Below are positions 23,601 through 36,411 of a stretch of DNA of 64,000 nucleotides, piece after piece. The notes under the pieces were generated by a model. That model had not been told where the DNA came from. It saw only the letters and a program-made list of their open reading frames with translations, and did not search any database. This stretch comes from Octopus sinensis (taxonomy: Eukaryota). Location of the stretch: contig NC_042997.1 of NCBI RefSeq assembly GCF_006345805.1, positions 187,550,001 through 187,614,000 of the forward strand, read 5' to 3'. Position 1 is the first letter of the stretch; each line of letters opens with the position of its first letter. The position numbers and the translations under genes were made by a program.

Positions 23601-26600
23601 TATATATATATATATTGTAGCTAGAATGTATTTATATGACTTGGTCCACGCAATGTTGTATTGTATTCGTTTTTTTTCTTTTCCCATCTCTCAAAAGCTA
23701 GATACCTGATACCTTCAAACAAACATATACTCATTCATGGGCCTACATAGCATGAATAGTATTCTAATAACTTTTAGAAGAGTTGACATTTTATTTACAC
23801 TAATAAAATTCAATATTCTATTTAGACTAATTTTTATTTTGTGGAAAAAAAAGTATCCATGCAATAGCTTTTCTGAAAACCATTTTTCATCATGTATAAC
23901 ATTATTTAAAATATTCAAATGTTTTTCTGTTTGTTTGGTTTTTTTTTTTTTTTTTTACATTTAAAAAAAAATATATTATTGAAATATATTTTAATAGAAA
24001 TATCAATGAATTTTGGTATATTATATTTCTCATTTTATTAGCAGTATATTTATATATTTATTAAGTGTACAATATTAAAATTGTCTGATAGCTTTTATAG
24101 AAATTAAGGCATATACAAAGTTTTCCTTTTAAATACTCTCTCCTTATCCCTATTCAATATTTTTTTTTTTTTTTGATAAAGTTCTACAAAAGCCAAATAA
24201 AGAAAATCTGAAGTGTTTATTGCTTGAAATAGAATCAAAAATAATTTCTTTTCCTTCTTTTTACTGGAGGAAAAACTGAAAACAAAAAAGTTCTTTACAG
24301 TTTCCAATGACTATAACTTTTTTTTTGCATAATATTTTAGCACTAAAAAAAATAGTTACATACATACTCTTCAGTATGTGTGTATGTGTATGTGTGTGTG
24401 TGTGTGTGTGCGCATATATGTGTGTATGTTTTTTATGCATGAGCTCAACAATGTTTTTGGCTCTAAACATTTTGGCTCATTAGCAATTTGATGTGTAAGT
24501 TCTAAGATTCATGAATTATATATCAAAGACAATAAACTGGCCTATTTGTGTCAACCCTTTAGATACTACTATCAATAATTTAGGTATTTTTTACATATTA
24601 CTTCTTATTATTTTTATCTTTTTCCAAACATTGCTTCTAATTAGTTAATAATTGATTATTTAGTATATAAATAAACTTTATCATGAATACTCTTTGTTTT
24701 ATTTGGGGGTTGTTTTTATTTTCTGTATTCTGTTTTAGCTACAAAAACTTTTTTAATGGCTTTCCTTAAGTGAAATGAATGTAAAATGAAAACAAAAAAG
24801 AGGTTGTGGGGTTTTAATTTTAAGTAAACTACAAGTAATATTCAAATCAAATTTATGTCACTTAAAAATTTTATGAAGGATTTGTTTTTTTAATGATTGT
24901 TTTACAGTTCAATGCTTCAGTAATAATGTCTATTAGTAGCAAGTCACATTTTCACATTACAATCAGTTTACTATTAATCTTATTACTTTGAAGGGTTGAT
25001 CTGAAATTCTATGGTGCCTTTGACTTTTATTTCACCAAATTATAGACATTGTATACTAACTTACACTTACCTACCTACTTCTTACTGAGAAAATATAGCA
25101 TATTCTGCATGTGATTGTGATGACAAGATAATGATGACAAACAGCTCTCTTTAACATCAGTTTTACTACACTGTCTTAAGATAGATCAATATTTTATACA
25201 AGTTCTACTGGAAGATTTTTTTTTGAACTATCCTCTCATATATTAGTTTTATTCTGGAATAGTAGCTCTGCTGGGTGGGTAATCTTCACAAATTGAAGGT
25301 ATTCACCTTTTGAAAAAAGAGACACTGATCACAGGTGAAGGTGTTAAAATAATAATGGGGAGGAGTAAATGTAGATAAGAGAAAGAAAAGAGAATAATGG
25401 TGGGTGGGAGGTAATGATTTAGTGAGAAGAGCAGTGTCCACAATATTTTCAAGCCTTTCCAGAGTGGGTTGATCAATATAGTTGACTTTTAGTTTGAACA
25501 TCATATTTAAGACTATGTGGGTAGGGATGGAATTGCAGTTATAGGCAAGAAATATGATGAAAAATGCTTATTGAAATAATAGTAGTAACAGAATTAGGTG
25601 AGCCAGATCACCTGGACATGCAACTTGCTAGCTTATAGCAGCAGAAGCTATTGTAGTTACAGTTGAGGAAACTACATATGTGAGCTAGGATTGTAGTGTA
25701 TTAGTGAATGACTTTCATATTTATAACTCTAACATGCAAAATGTTGGGAGAAAAAAAATTCCCCCCGCCTAGAATTCCTAGTGTAACAAAAGATTTTATT
25801 CCACAGATTTGTCTGCTTATTAATAGTTATAAGGACCTGCAAAAATTGCAGTTATCACATTATTAGTCCCTTACTTTAATAATTTTTTTTAGTAAAACTA
25901 ATTACCTATTAAATCAGTTTCAAGAATTAAAATTATAAAATTTTTAGTCCTTTTGTTTAATATTTTTCTGTAACTTTTTAAAAAATTATTGATTTGATAA
26001 AATCATTTCTTTTACAGTGAAACAAATAGGATGCACTATCTCATCTATTAGGCCTAATCTTCTTAAGTCTTTATCTTCCACAAATACTCTCTAAAACTAA
26101 CTTATAGCACTTTTTCCTAGCATGCATTGTTTTAATTAGATGTTCATACTAGTACAATCAGTTTTTAAATGTATATTTTCAAATCTCTTTGATACTCAGT
26201 CACTTCTACAACTTGTTTGCAGTTAAGTATCATCAAAGTGTATAAAGTTTGGCCTATGGACCATATTCAGAAGCCTTTCTCCAAATCCTGCAGATCATCT
26301 GCTCTTTGGGTTCTGGGAGAGAAATCTTTAATCACCAACAGAAGCAGCAATAACTAGCTATATTTAAACAGACACCACAGATGTAAATTTTTTGAATTGA
26401 AGCCTACTGAAGACAGAAGCAATTTTACATAATGCATTAAAACACAATAAAGATAACATTATTTTAAATTCTGGAAACAAAATACTTGAATTTCAATTCA
26501 ATAGATAAGAAAAGTAAATAATTCTTAAAGAGACTAGCACCTTCTGCTTTCTAATCTCAAAATAGTGGGTCTGTAGATGATCATATTCATTTTCTATAGG

Positions 26601-29600
26601 TTAAGCAGTGGTTGCTCATGAAGTTAGCAGCTTCAGTGCATGCAATGCATCGGTGATTCCGGTTCCTTGCCAATCTGCCATGGATCCATTACCCCTTTTG
26701 TTCACCTCTTATTTTCATTGACTACACAACACTGAAGTCCTGTCTACTTTGTTACTGTATATTAAACAAGTCTGTTTCTCAGATGCTTTTGGATGATAGT
26801 TAACCCCTTTAAATTAGTAAGCTAGTTTTTGTGGTATTCACTTTTTAGCCCCTTGTTGTATCAATCAGAAACAACTTTAAAGTTTTTAATTATTTCAAAA
26901 AATTTGGATTGAATCAGTCTTAATGTCAAGATAAAGAAACTTTCATAGATATCTCTTCTTGTACTTCTATGAACCTAAACTATGATAAAGAAATCAAGAC
27001 TGGTATCAGTCCTTGGTGCATACCTGCCTCTACAACATATCCTCCTCCCCCATGGCCTTATTGAAATATTTACATGGCCTGAACAATTTCTACAAATCGT
27101 TCAGCCGTATATAGCTTTTTCATTGCCCACTTGACTAAAGAATGTATCATGGAATTTTTTTTTCAAAATAGTTCCTTGCGTGCAAAAACCCAAAACAATT
27201 GTATACTATGAGGCGGAGTCCTTTAATAATCTTATTTCAATGTAGTGGGATGAAGACCCAAGATAGTAGAATAGTGAAGTAAAATGTTGTATAATACTTA
27301 ATTTCTTTTGCTGGCTTGAATTAAAGCACCTGTGACAATTCACCTTTCAAGTGTTAAGAGTTAATAAAATAATGTTGTTGTTGTTTGTTCCTTCTCAAGC
27401 CACGCCTGGCTCATAGGGCCGGTTTCCTTGGCATATAGGTTCCCCACCTGGACGGGATGCTGGTCTGTCACAGGTGAGCTGCCAGATGCAGGAGGAAAGA
27501 GTGAGAGAAAGTTGTGGCGAAAGAGTCAGCAGAAGTTCGCCATTACCTTCTGCCAGAGCCACGTGGAGCTTAGGTGTTTCGCTCATAAACACACACATCA
27601 CCCGACCTGAGATTCGAACCCCTGATCCCTTGACTGCATGTCCGCTGCTCTAACCACTAGGCCATGTGCCTCCACAATAAAATAATGTAGTTGGTTTGAT
27701 TTGACTGACTACATGTCTACCTCTGCTACGATTAGCCCTATCAATATCTCGGTTTTATTGCTGCTTTTAATACTTGAAAGAAAATATTCCAAAACTAAAG
27801 ATACTAGTTTATATCAGTGCCAAAGATTTCCTTTAATTGACTGATTTGAATAAATTTTCAGGTAATTTTAAATAAAATGAAAAATGTTAATGTTTTGAAT
27901 CAGGAAAAAAAAATCACAAGTGACTGAAATATCAGAGATTTAGCCATCCGTATGGTATTATTTTTGTCTTTAAGATGGTTAAATTCATTTGTTTAATATT
28001 TGTTTTTAAAGCAATACGCTTTGAGTTTTCTATTTCACCACATTCCAGATTCCCGTGATTATGCTGTACCTGACGTGACCAAGTCATCTTTGACAGTGTC
28101 CCTACCACCACGACCTCCACGACCTCCCAAGGGCACACCCATCATGGGTAACACACTTGACAAACCTCCCAACTATGAAGCACTTTATGCTGCTGCAGAT
28201 ATAGTCAATGTACACGTGCCTAACATTCCCAGTCTACAGGGGGTTAGTGGCAACAATATTTATGCAGTACCCAATGCTGACCTACTTCTTAGTATTGACT
28301 ACTCTGTGGCAGAATTTCCTAGAGATAACCTTAAATTCATTGAAGTTCTTGGTGAAGGACAATTTGGAGAGGTAAGATGTGTGCTTGTTATAAATTTGAA
28401 TAATTTTTCTTTATATGATTTGATTTCAGCAATGCTTTGTCACCTTTGAACATCCATAGGCAAAAGTTTTTGTTGAACTATAAAAAAGATCTTTTGTCAA
28501 ACTGAGGAGGACAAGATGAAATCTAGACCTAAGAGCTTCTTATGATGCTGATATGATCTTTGGAGTTAGTTTTTGTGAAAAGTTTATAAGAATTCTTATA
28601 GTTGATGCTATGGAAGGGAAGAATGAAAATATGATTCTTGGCTTTTTTCCCACTTTATAGAGTTGTGTGTTTCTTAAAAGCTTCATTAGATTAACACTAT
28701 GCTCCAAACTCTCTTCCCAGACCTCATTAGCAATCACTATCTGTTCTTAAAGCACCAATTACAAGTATTTCTCTGGATTTTGCAATCCATAGTTTGTTTT
28801 TCTCACTAGACTCTTGGAAACTACTGAATGTAAACCCAGGAACTTTTTTCATTTATCAAGTGTTTCAACAGTATGCTAATTTTCTTTTTGATTTTTCATT
28901 TTTATTTAGTTTCTCATTAATTCTACCATCTTTTTGGCCATGTGCAATGCTCTCCTCCTTGAACATAATAGTTTAAAAATATGTCTGGAAAAGTGTTGTT
29001 ATTTAAGGATGAGAAATTGTGTGTCTTACTCAGGTGTTTGTAATTCTCTGCAGTCGAGTGTTCTAGCCATAATTGGTAATATGCTAAAACTGTTATGGCT
29101 GAAGCCTTTGTATTGATCAATAAAAGCACTTCAGCATATGTCTCTTACTTTCAGCCACTTCATAATTCTAACTCAGGAAATGGTATAATGTTTCGATACT
29201 AAAAAAGACAATAGTGGATCAGAATCTCTGCTGTGAAACTGTAATTCATGCAATTTATACATGCAATTATGTGTGGAAATAGAAAAGTTTTACAAAAATA
29301 CCATCACCATTGAAACAATAGATGCAATGATTTTATAAATAGCCTGAAAATTTTAACTGTATTTATGTGTGTAAGTGTGTGAGGCTTTGCTAATTTTGCA
29401 CCTGCTTTTATTTTGAAAAAAACATAGAAAGTAAATAATGAATATAAATGGTTTAACAACTTTGAATTCTCATTAAACCAAGTTGAATGCATAGATAAAG
29501 GAAATGCCGGGAAAATGGCAATGAAGGCTGTAGTAATAAGATATTGAATGTTTTTTCTCTATTAGGTTTAATCACATTTTGAGGAATGTGCTTGCTAGAA

Positions 29601-32600
29601 ATGAATGTTAACTCTATTTTAACAAATAACAGAGAAAATGGAATATAATATTCATAATGTGATTACTGAGAATATTATGTTCATGATATATAATAACTAT
29701 GTACTGATGTAACAGAAATGCAAAGAAACATGACCTTATATAAGCCCTATCAAAAATTACTTTTCTTTCATTTATTTATTTATTGTCTTAAATAAAAATT
29801 TTATTGGTTAACTTGAACAAAGATATCTTTAAAATTGTCAAGCACACCATAGTACAGAATTACTCTCCTGGGTAAAATATTCTACAGTCTGCTTTCTGAT
29901 CCTCAGTTGAACTTATTTAATTTCACTTACAAATTCAATTCTTCCTGTATTAAAAAAAAAAAATTAGAGCTGGCAAAAGGAGAATTAATATAACATTCAC
30001 TGAATGATGCTGGCACAGCTAGCTACATTTAGAAAATGCATTCTGAATAGAAAAAAATATACTCTGTGTGTGTGTGTGAATAAATTTTAGATCTGCAATA
30101 TGTTGCCTTTAATTAATTAAATTGCTGGAATACATGATTTTGCAGAGGAGTATGTGATTATTTCCATTTGAATCCTGTCCATAAAACAATAAGTGGAATA
30201 TCACCCCCTTCAAATAACAGTTTAACATAGACTTAACAATAAATTGAATTTTATTCCTTCACAATAAGAATAAAAAATATTTCGTCACATAACCTTTTGG
30301 TTAAGAAGTTTGTATCACAACTACATGGTTCTGAGTGAGATCCCACTGCCTGAGTAGCAACGAGTGCACAGAATTTGGTAGTTGGAAATTGCAAAAATAT
30401 ATACATAAACATACATATTTACCATAATGTAAATATCCTAAAATATGTAAAAGCATAGATTTTTCACACTGCAGCCATTATTTAATATAGAACTCAATTT
30501 GTTGGGAAGATATACTTTTTTATGTAATGAACATATACATTAATATGTGTATCTCTATATGTAACTCACTCTAGTAAGACCATTTCTTGATTGTTATTCA
30601 TGCTTCATTTCTAAAAATGACCGGGACTCTGCCTCTTAAGCATTGCAGTGACTGCAGCTGCACAAGAGATTTGTAATTGCTTTCACTTACTCTACACCTT
30701 CCGTGTAATGAAGCAGGGAAGTGGCTGCATTTCATTGTCAGTGATGTACACGATACTCTGGCTGCTGCAATAAAAAATTCTGCCATCTGTTTGGGTTGTG
30801 AAGATGGAAAACCAATTATATTTCCCACAGTAGCTGAATACTAGGAAATGGGATCATGCTGGTTGCTCAGTGAGCTAAGAAATACTTGTACTGATGAAAA
30901 TATTTGTAGTGGACATCCTAGCACTGAACTAACCCCATTTTTAAAAAAAATCATAAAACATAGTATGGACAAAAACCCCTGACCTCAAATTAAAAAGACA
31001 CAGGCTTGACCTACATAAACCACTGTATTCCAGCCAGAGAGACTATGTATCTATCTTAGACTGGTGCTGAAGACCATCACATTGTGAAAATCATCAAGTT
31101 CTTGAATTTTACTTGCCTCTTAGTTCCATTACTAATCTTAAAACAACTGCAGTTGATTTTGTAGCAAAGCTTTGATGTCTTTGAGTCAACTGGTACCTTG
31201 CTGTGTACCTCATCTATCTAGAATAGTTTTATGGTTCTTATGTTTTTCAAACAATAGTCAGTGTGCTCAGATTTTGGAAACCCAATTTAGGCAGTAGCTG
31301 TTTTTTGTGGATTATCTTACGCATGGCTGGTGTAATGTTGGTAGCATTTTTATCTTTCTGGTCATATTTGCTGTAAGTGTACAATGCACTTAGGATTTTT
31401 TTGTTTTCTACTCGTTTTGGTGCAGTTTTACTAACTTCCTTGCACTTCAATCTCACAGACAAATTGCATACACTGTGTATCAACACATGATTAGTGAAGC
31501 AGTACTTAGCCTCCCTCATGACAGATGTACAGCTTACATCTGTAATGTTACCCCTCTGAGTAAGCACATATTCCAACAGGTGCTATTGTTTTAACTGTGG
31601 CTGGCAATAGTCGTAAAACATCTTTTTTCAGGAAGCTGGAAGAAGTTGTTTGTCATGGCTAGATCATATTTCAGGCATTGTTTGAATATTAGTTGTCTGT
31701 TGGATTTGATATTTCATTTTCCAAAGTAACCTGATGCATGGTCACATGTTTGGTAATTTATCCTTATCCTTGCATTAATATTGCCCTGGCACCAGCATCT
31801 TATTAGTTGTTAGTATTGCATCCCAGTATTTTCTTCATATACACTTTCAGCAACTTTCAACATGTTCTTCTAATAAAAGGTGTTTTACTGATTGAGTTGC
31901 TTGCAGAGAAACTAGAGCAGACTAATTTAGGATCTTGGCAAATTGTATATTCAGTATTTGGTGTTGGTTGTTGATAGGTTTATATTTAAGTTTTTCAGTT
32001 GTGGCTGTACGTTCTTCCTAAAGCTTAAATTTTGTCACTAAACTGTCTTTTTAATTTGTTTTCTAAATTGTGTGCGCACGTGTAGGGTGTTGGCATAGCT
32101 ATATGGTTAAAAAGTTTTTCTTTGCAACCACATGGTTTCAGGTTTACTCTCATTGCACACCATCTTGGGCTTTTACTAAAGCACTGAGCTAGCCAATGTT
32201 TTGTGAATGAATCTGGTTGATGGAAACTGTGCAGAAGCCTGTTATGGCTGTATATATTTGGGTTTTGTCCTGCTATCTATCGTACTACCGATCTTGTATC
32301 TTATCGTACTACACAGGACACTGGAAGTCTTCTACTGTAATCTAGGGTCAACCAATGTCTTGTGGATGGATTTAGGATGATGAGAACAGTTGAAGCCTGT
32401 CGTGCATGTATGTGAGTGTGTGACTGGGTTAATATTTACATGAAATCATTGAACTTTATGCTATTGTCATATTAAATGGTCATCTAGCTTTTGTGCTTTC
32501 AAAAACAAGTGAAAAAAAAAATTTGAGAATCAGTTTAGGTTTAACAGGAAGGACACCCAGCTGTAAAACAATACCTCATTGTATTTGTTCAACCTATGCT

Positions 32601-35600
32601 AGCTTGGGAAACAGACGGAAAAAACAAGTGAATTCCTGTGTATGTATGTGGTTGTGCAAATTTTCATATCTATCTGCACATTGGTTGTTTACGTTCCTGT
32701 GAATAGCAGTTCAGCTAAAACAAAAATCAATTCAATAAGTATCAGGCTTTAAAATGGTCAAAACATTGCCACAGTGGCTGAAACAAGCAAAAAATTAATG
32801 AAATAAACGAATTAATATGCTTGTATGTGCGTGCTTATGTTTGCAGTTGAATTTGATACAAAGCTTGCTAAAATAATAGTCGTGTAAAAGGACTAAACCA
32901 CTCGATAAATACCACATGGATAAAAGAAGCCGCAAATACTGAGGTCGATATATTCGACTGAAACCCTTCAGGGCTGCAGGTCCACTAATACTGGCATCAA
33001 CTCGCTAAATCATTGACAGAATTTCGCGTTTTATATAAATAAATAAATAAAAAATTGTAAGGGAGATAACTCATAAATTTTTTTTCTTGTGTTAATTCCC
33101 CTGATAAAATATCCAGTAATTTCCTTGAGAAAATGGCAGTTTTGTTTTGTTTTGATTTTAATATAATGTACTTTAATAATAATAATAATTTTTAGCTTGT
33201 TTCATTTTGGTAGTGTAGCATTAATCTTATAACAATAATTATTTTCTTGTCTAGGTTCATTTGTGTGAAGCTGCCCGAATAACCGACTTCTTGGGAGAAG
33301 AATTTGTGGTGACAAGGACAACACCGCGGTCAATGTTAGTTGCTGTAAAAATGCTACGTCCCAGTGCTGATGACAGAGCCAGGTAATTAAATTTGACTCA
33401 CTCTGAACTTTTGTTTTCTCTGTCCCTCATCATTACTCTTTACTCTTTTACTTGTTTCAGTCATTTGACTGTGGCCATGCTGGAGCACCACCCTTTAGTC
33501 GAATAAATCGACCCCAGGACTTATTCTTTGTAAGCCTAGTACTTATTCTATCGGTCTCTTTTGAAGAACCGCTAAGTTACGGGGACGTAAACACACCAGC
33601 ATTGGTTGTCAAGCGATGTTGGGGGGACAAACACAGACACACAAACACATATATATACATATATACGACGGGCTTCTTTCAGTTTCCGTCCACCAAATCC
33701 ACTCACAAGGCTTTGGTCGACCCGAGGCTATAGTAGAAGATACTTACCCAAGGTGCCACGCAGTGGAAATGAACCCGGAACCATGTGGTTGGTAAGCAAG
33801 CTACTTACCATACAGCCACTCCTACACCTATGTTCCTATGTGAACATTTTAAAAAGCCTAAATACAATCTTTAGCTGGAATAACTTTTGCTTAACAACAC
33901 ACATCAGCTGGAGTTACAAGACAGTTTAATGATTGGAATCACTGTATTATATATCAAAATATGAGTAGTTTTAAGGAAATCTAGTCGAAACACTTATGTA
34001 AATCTAATATTTGTAAATTGTGTAAGATGTATCCAGAAGACTTAAGTACTTGGACTCTGAAAGATTTACAAACGATATTAACTGTATTACTTTCTAAAAA
34101 ACATTTGGCTAACTCCTTGTCTAACCACTCTTTCAATGATGGATTTTCACAAAGTACCCTGATTTCCATAGCAGAATTTTCATTCTGATGAACTCTTTTC
34201 TTTTTTATATACCAATGATTAATGAATTTCACAATCTGGTATTCACAATTCTCTAAGCTAAAGGTCACAGATTTATCAGCTCCATCGACATTAAATGATA
34301 CATCACGAAAGTTATATATTTATAAAAAAAACAAGTTTTTAACTTTTGGGATTGGGGTGGGTGAATAGATTTATAGAATCTCTGCATCAGGCTTGTAACA
34401 CTCTAACCTCTGTTAATTAAAAAATACTAAAGTACCATACCAGTGTAATCATTGCCAGAACAACAAGCTGGCCTCCGTGCTTGTGGCACATAAAAAACCC
34501 CATTCGAGCATGATCGTTACCTGCATCACCTTACTGGCACTCGTGCTGGTAGCACGTGAAAAAGCATTCGAGTAATTTCATTGCTAGTGCTACTTGACTG
34601 GCTCCTGTGCATGTGGCACATAAAAAGCACCATTTGAGCATGGTCGTTGCCAGTACCGCCTGACTGGCCCTCGTGTTGTTGGTGTTAGGAAGGGCATCCA
34701 GCTGTAGAAACTCTGCCAGATCAGATTGGAGTCTGATGCAGCCATCTGGTTTGCCAGACCTCAGTCAAATCGTCCAACCCATGCTAGCATGGAAAGCAGA
34801 TGTTAAACGATGATGATGGTGACTAAAACTTCCAATTCACTCCAGAACTAATTTCACCTTTTTTTAATTTTAATTTCATCCTAATGATTGTGTTTCTGTT
34901 TACAACACATCACATCCATTGTTTGTTTTTATGTAGCATATGATATGGTTCTGACCACTGCTAACATTAGCATCATTTAGTTGTTGCAGTATAACCTCTC
35001 TACAGCAAAGACATTTGTTCCTGTCCATCTATCACACTTCTCATCACCTGGCATACAGCTACCTCCCTCAGTACTATACCCCATTCAATTGTCTTGCAAA
35101 TTACTTGATGACCTTACTGGTGTTTGGTGCCAGTCCCCTTTGTAAAGTACTTGGCTTTCAGAAGGGCATCCAACTATGCCAAAGCAAACATTGGATCTTG
35201 ACAACAGTTCTCAGGCTCAACAACTTTTGTTGAAACATTCAACCCATGCCAGCATGAAAATCAGATTTTAAGTAGTAATTATAGATTGTAACAACTCACA
35301 TTTGATCAATCTCAACAATAACCTTTTGTCACCATTCAGCTAATTATCTCAGCTCAAAGACACATTGTTCCTATTGGTTTTTAATACTGCCATTCTTGTA
35401 ATCATCATTGTTTATATTATTAGTATGTGCTATGTTTTCTCTTTGAGTAAATTAAAATATGAACCCTTCTTTCATTAAGCAGAAGCATTCCTTAATAACG
35501 TGGAGTTACTTCTGCAAAAAAATATCTCCTCACCAAATAAATTATATATATGTATATTTGCTGTTAATTCCTAATAAAATATTTGTTTTAATTCAGAGCT

Positions 35601-36372
35601 GATTTTCACAAAGAGATCAAGATTATGTCACAGCTTAAAGACCCAAACATAGTTCGTGTACTTGGAGTCTGCACACAAGAAGAACCATTATGTATGATTG
35701 TCGAATATATGAAATATGGAGACCTCAATCAATTTATCTTGGAACATGTCCCTGAAAGTCCTGTGGCTGCTGCAACCAATGCTAAGACAATGAGGTAAAT
35801 ACTAAAATCAGATTTTATAACAACATTTTACAAATGCATGTGTATTTTATCTTATATGTTAATGTTAATAATTATATTATTTTTATTATTATTATCATTA
35901 TTTTAAACATAAAACAAAACAACAGGGAAATGAAGCAAAAAATTTCTACTTTCTTGTTATTTTACAATAACTCTACAAATATTTCCATAATTCTGAATTT
36001 TATTAAGTATTTGAACTAATATGCATCAGCATATGATACTAGATATTGGATTGTAACTAGCTAAGTATATATAGGTAGTTAGGATTTACCCTCACAACCT
36101 ATATATATATATAATTTTAAAATAGGATAAAATCTTTATAAGAATTTATCAAGTAGTTAGCATGAAAAACCTCATAAGAGAAAAAAAACCCATCAATTTT
36201 TTTCTTTTAAATGTATTCATTTTTATTTAAAATAAATAAATAAATATATATATATATATATATAAAAAATTTAATTAGAGGGTGAGTAACCTCATGAAGG
36301 GATGGTTTCATCCAAGGAAATACTGGTTCAATACCTAGTATTTTGGGGGAATAAATTTATTTAAAATAATAG

Positions 36373-36411
<39 letters not shown>

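Noticed and set aside
26600-26700. Extra DDR exon after ttttctatAG at 26598-26599
   Set aside because: Stop codons in all three frames within 60 nt; the required phase 1 gives an immediate TAA.
33981-34320. Minus-strand frame open for about 112 codons ending [14 protein letters not shown] (LRR-like)
   Set aside because: No convincing splice sites or family match; a few ORFs of this length are expected by chance in 64 kb. A BLASTP would settle it.
34451-34680. Family A unit arrays as CRISPR-like repeat-spacer arrays
   Set aside because: Units are wholly homologous diverged repeats in fixed order across copies, with no unique spacers, no cas genes and a eukaryotic retroposon context.
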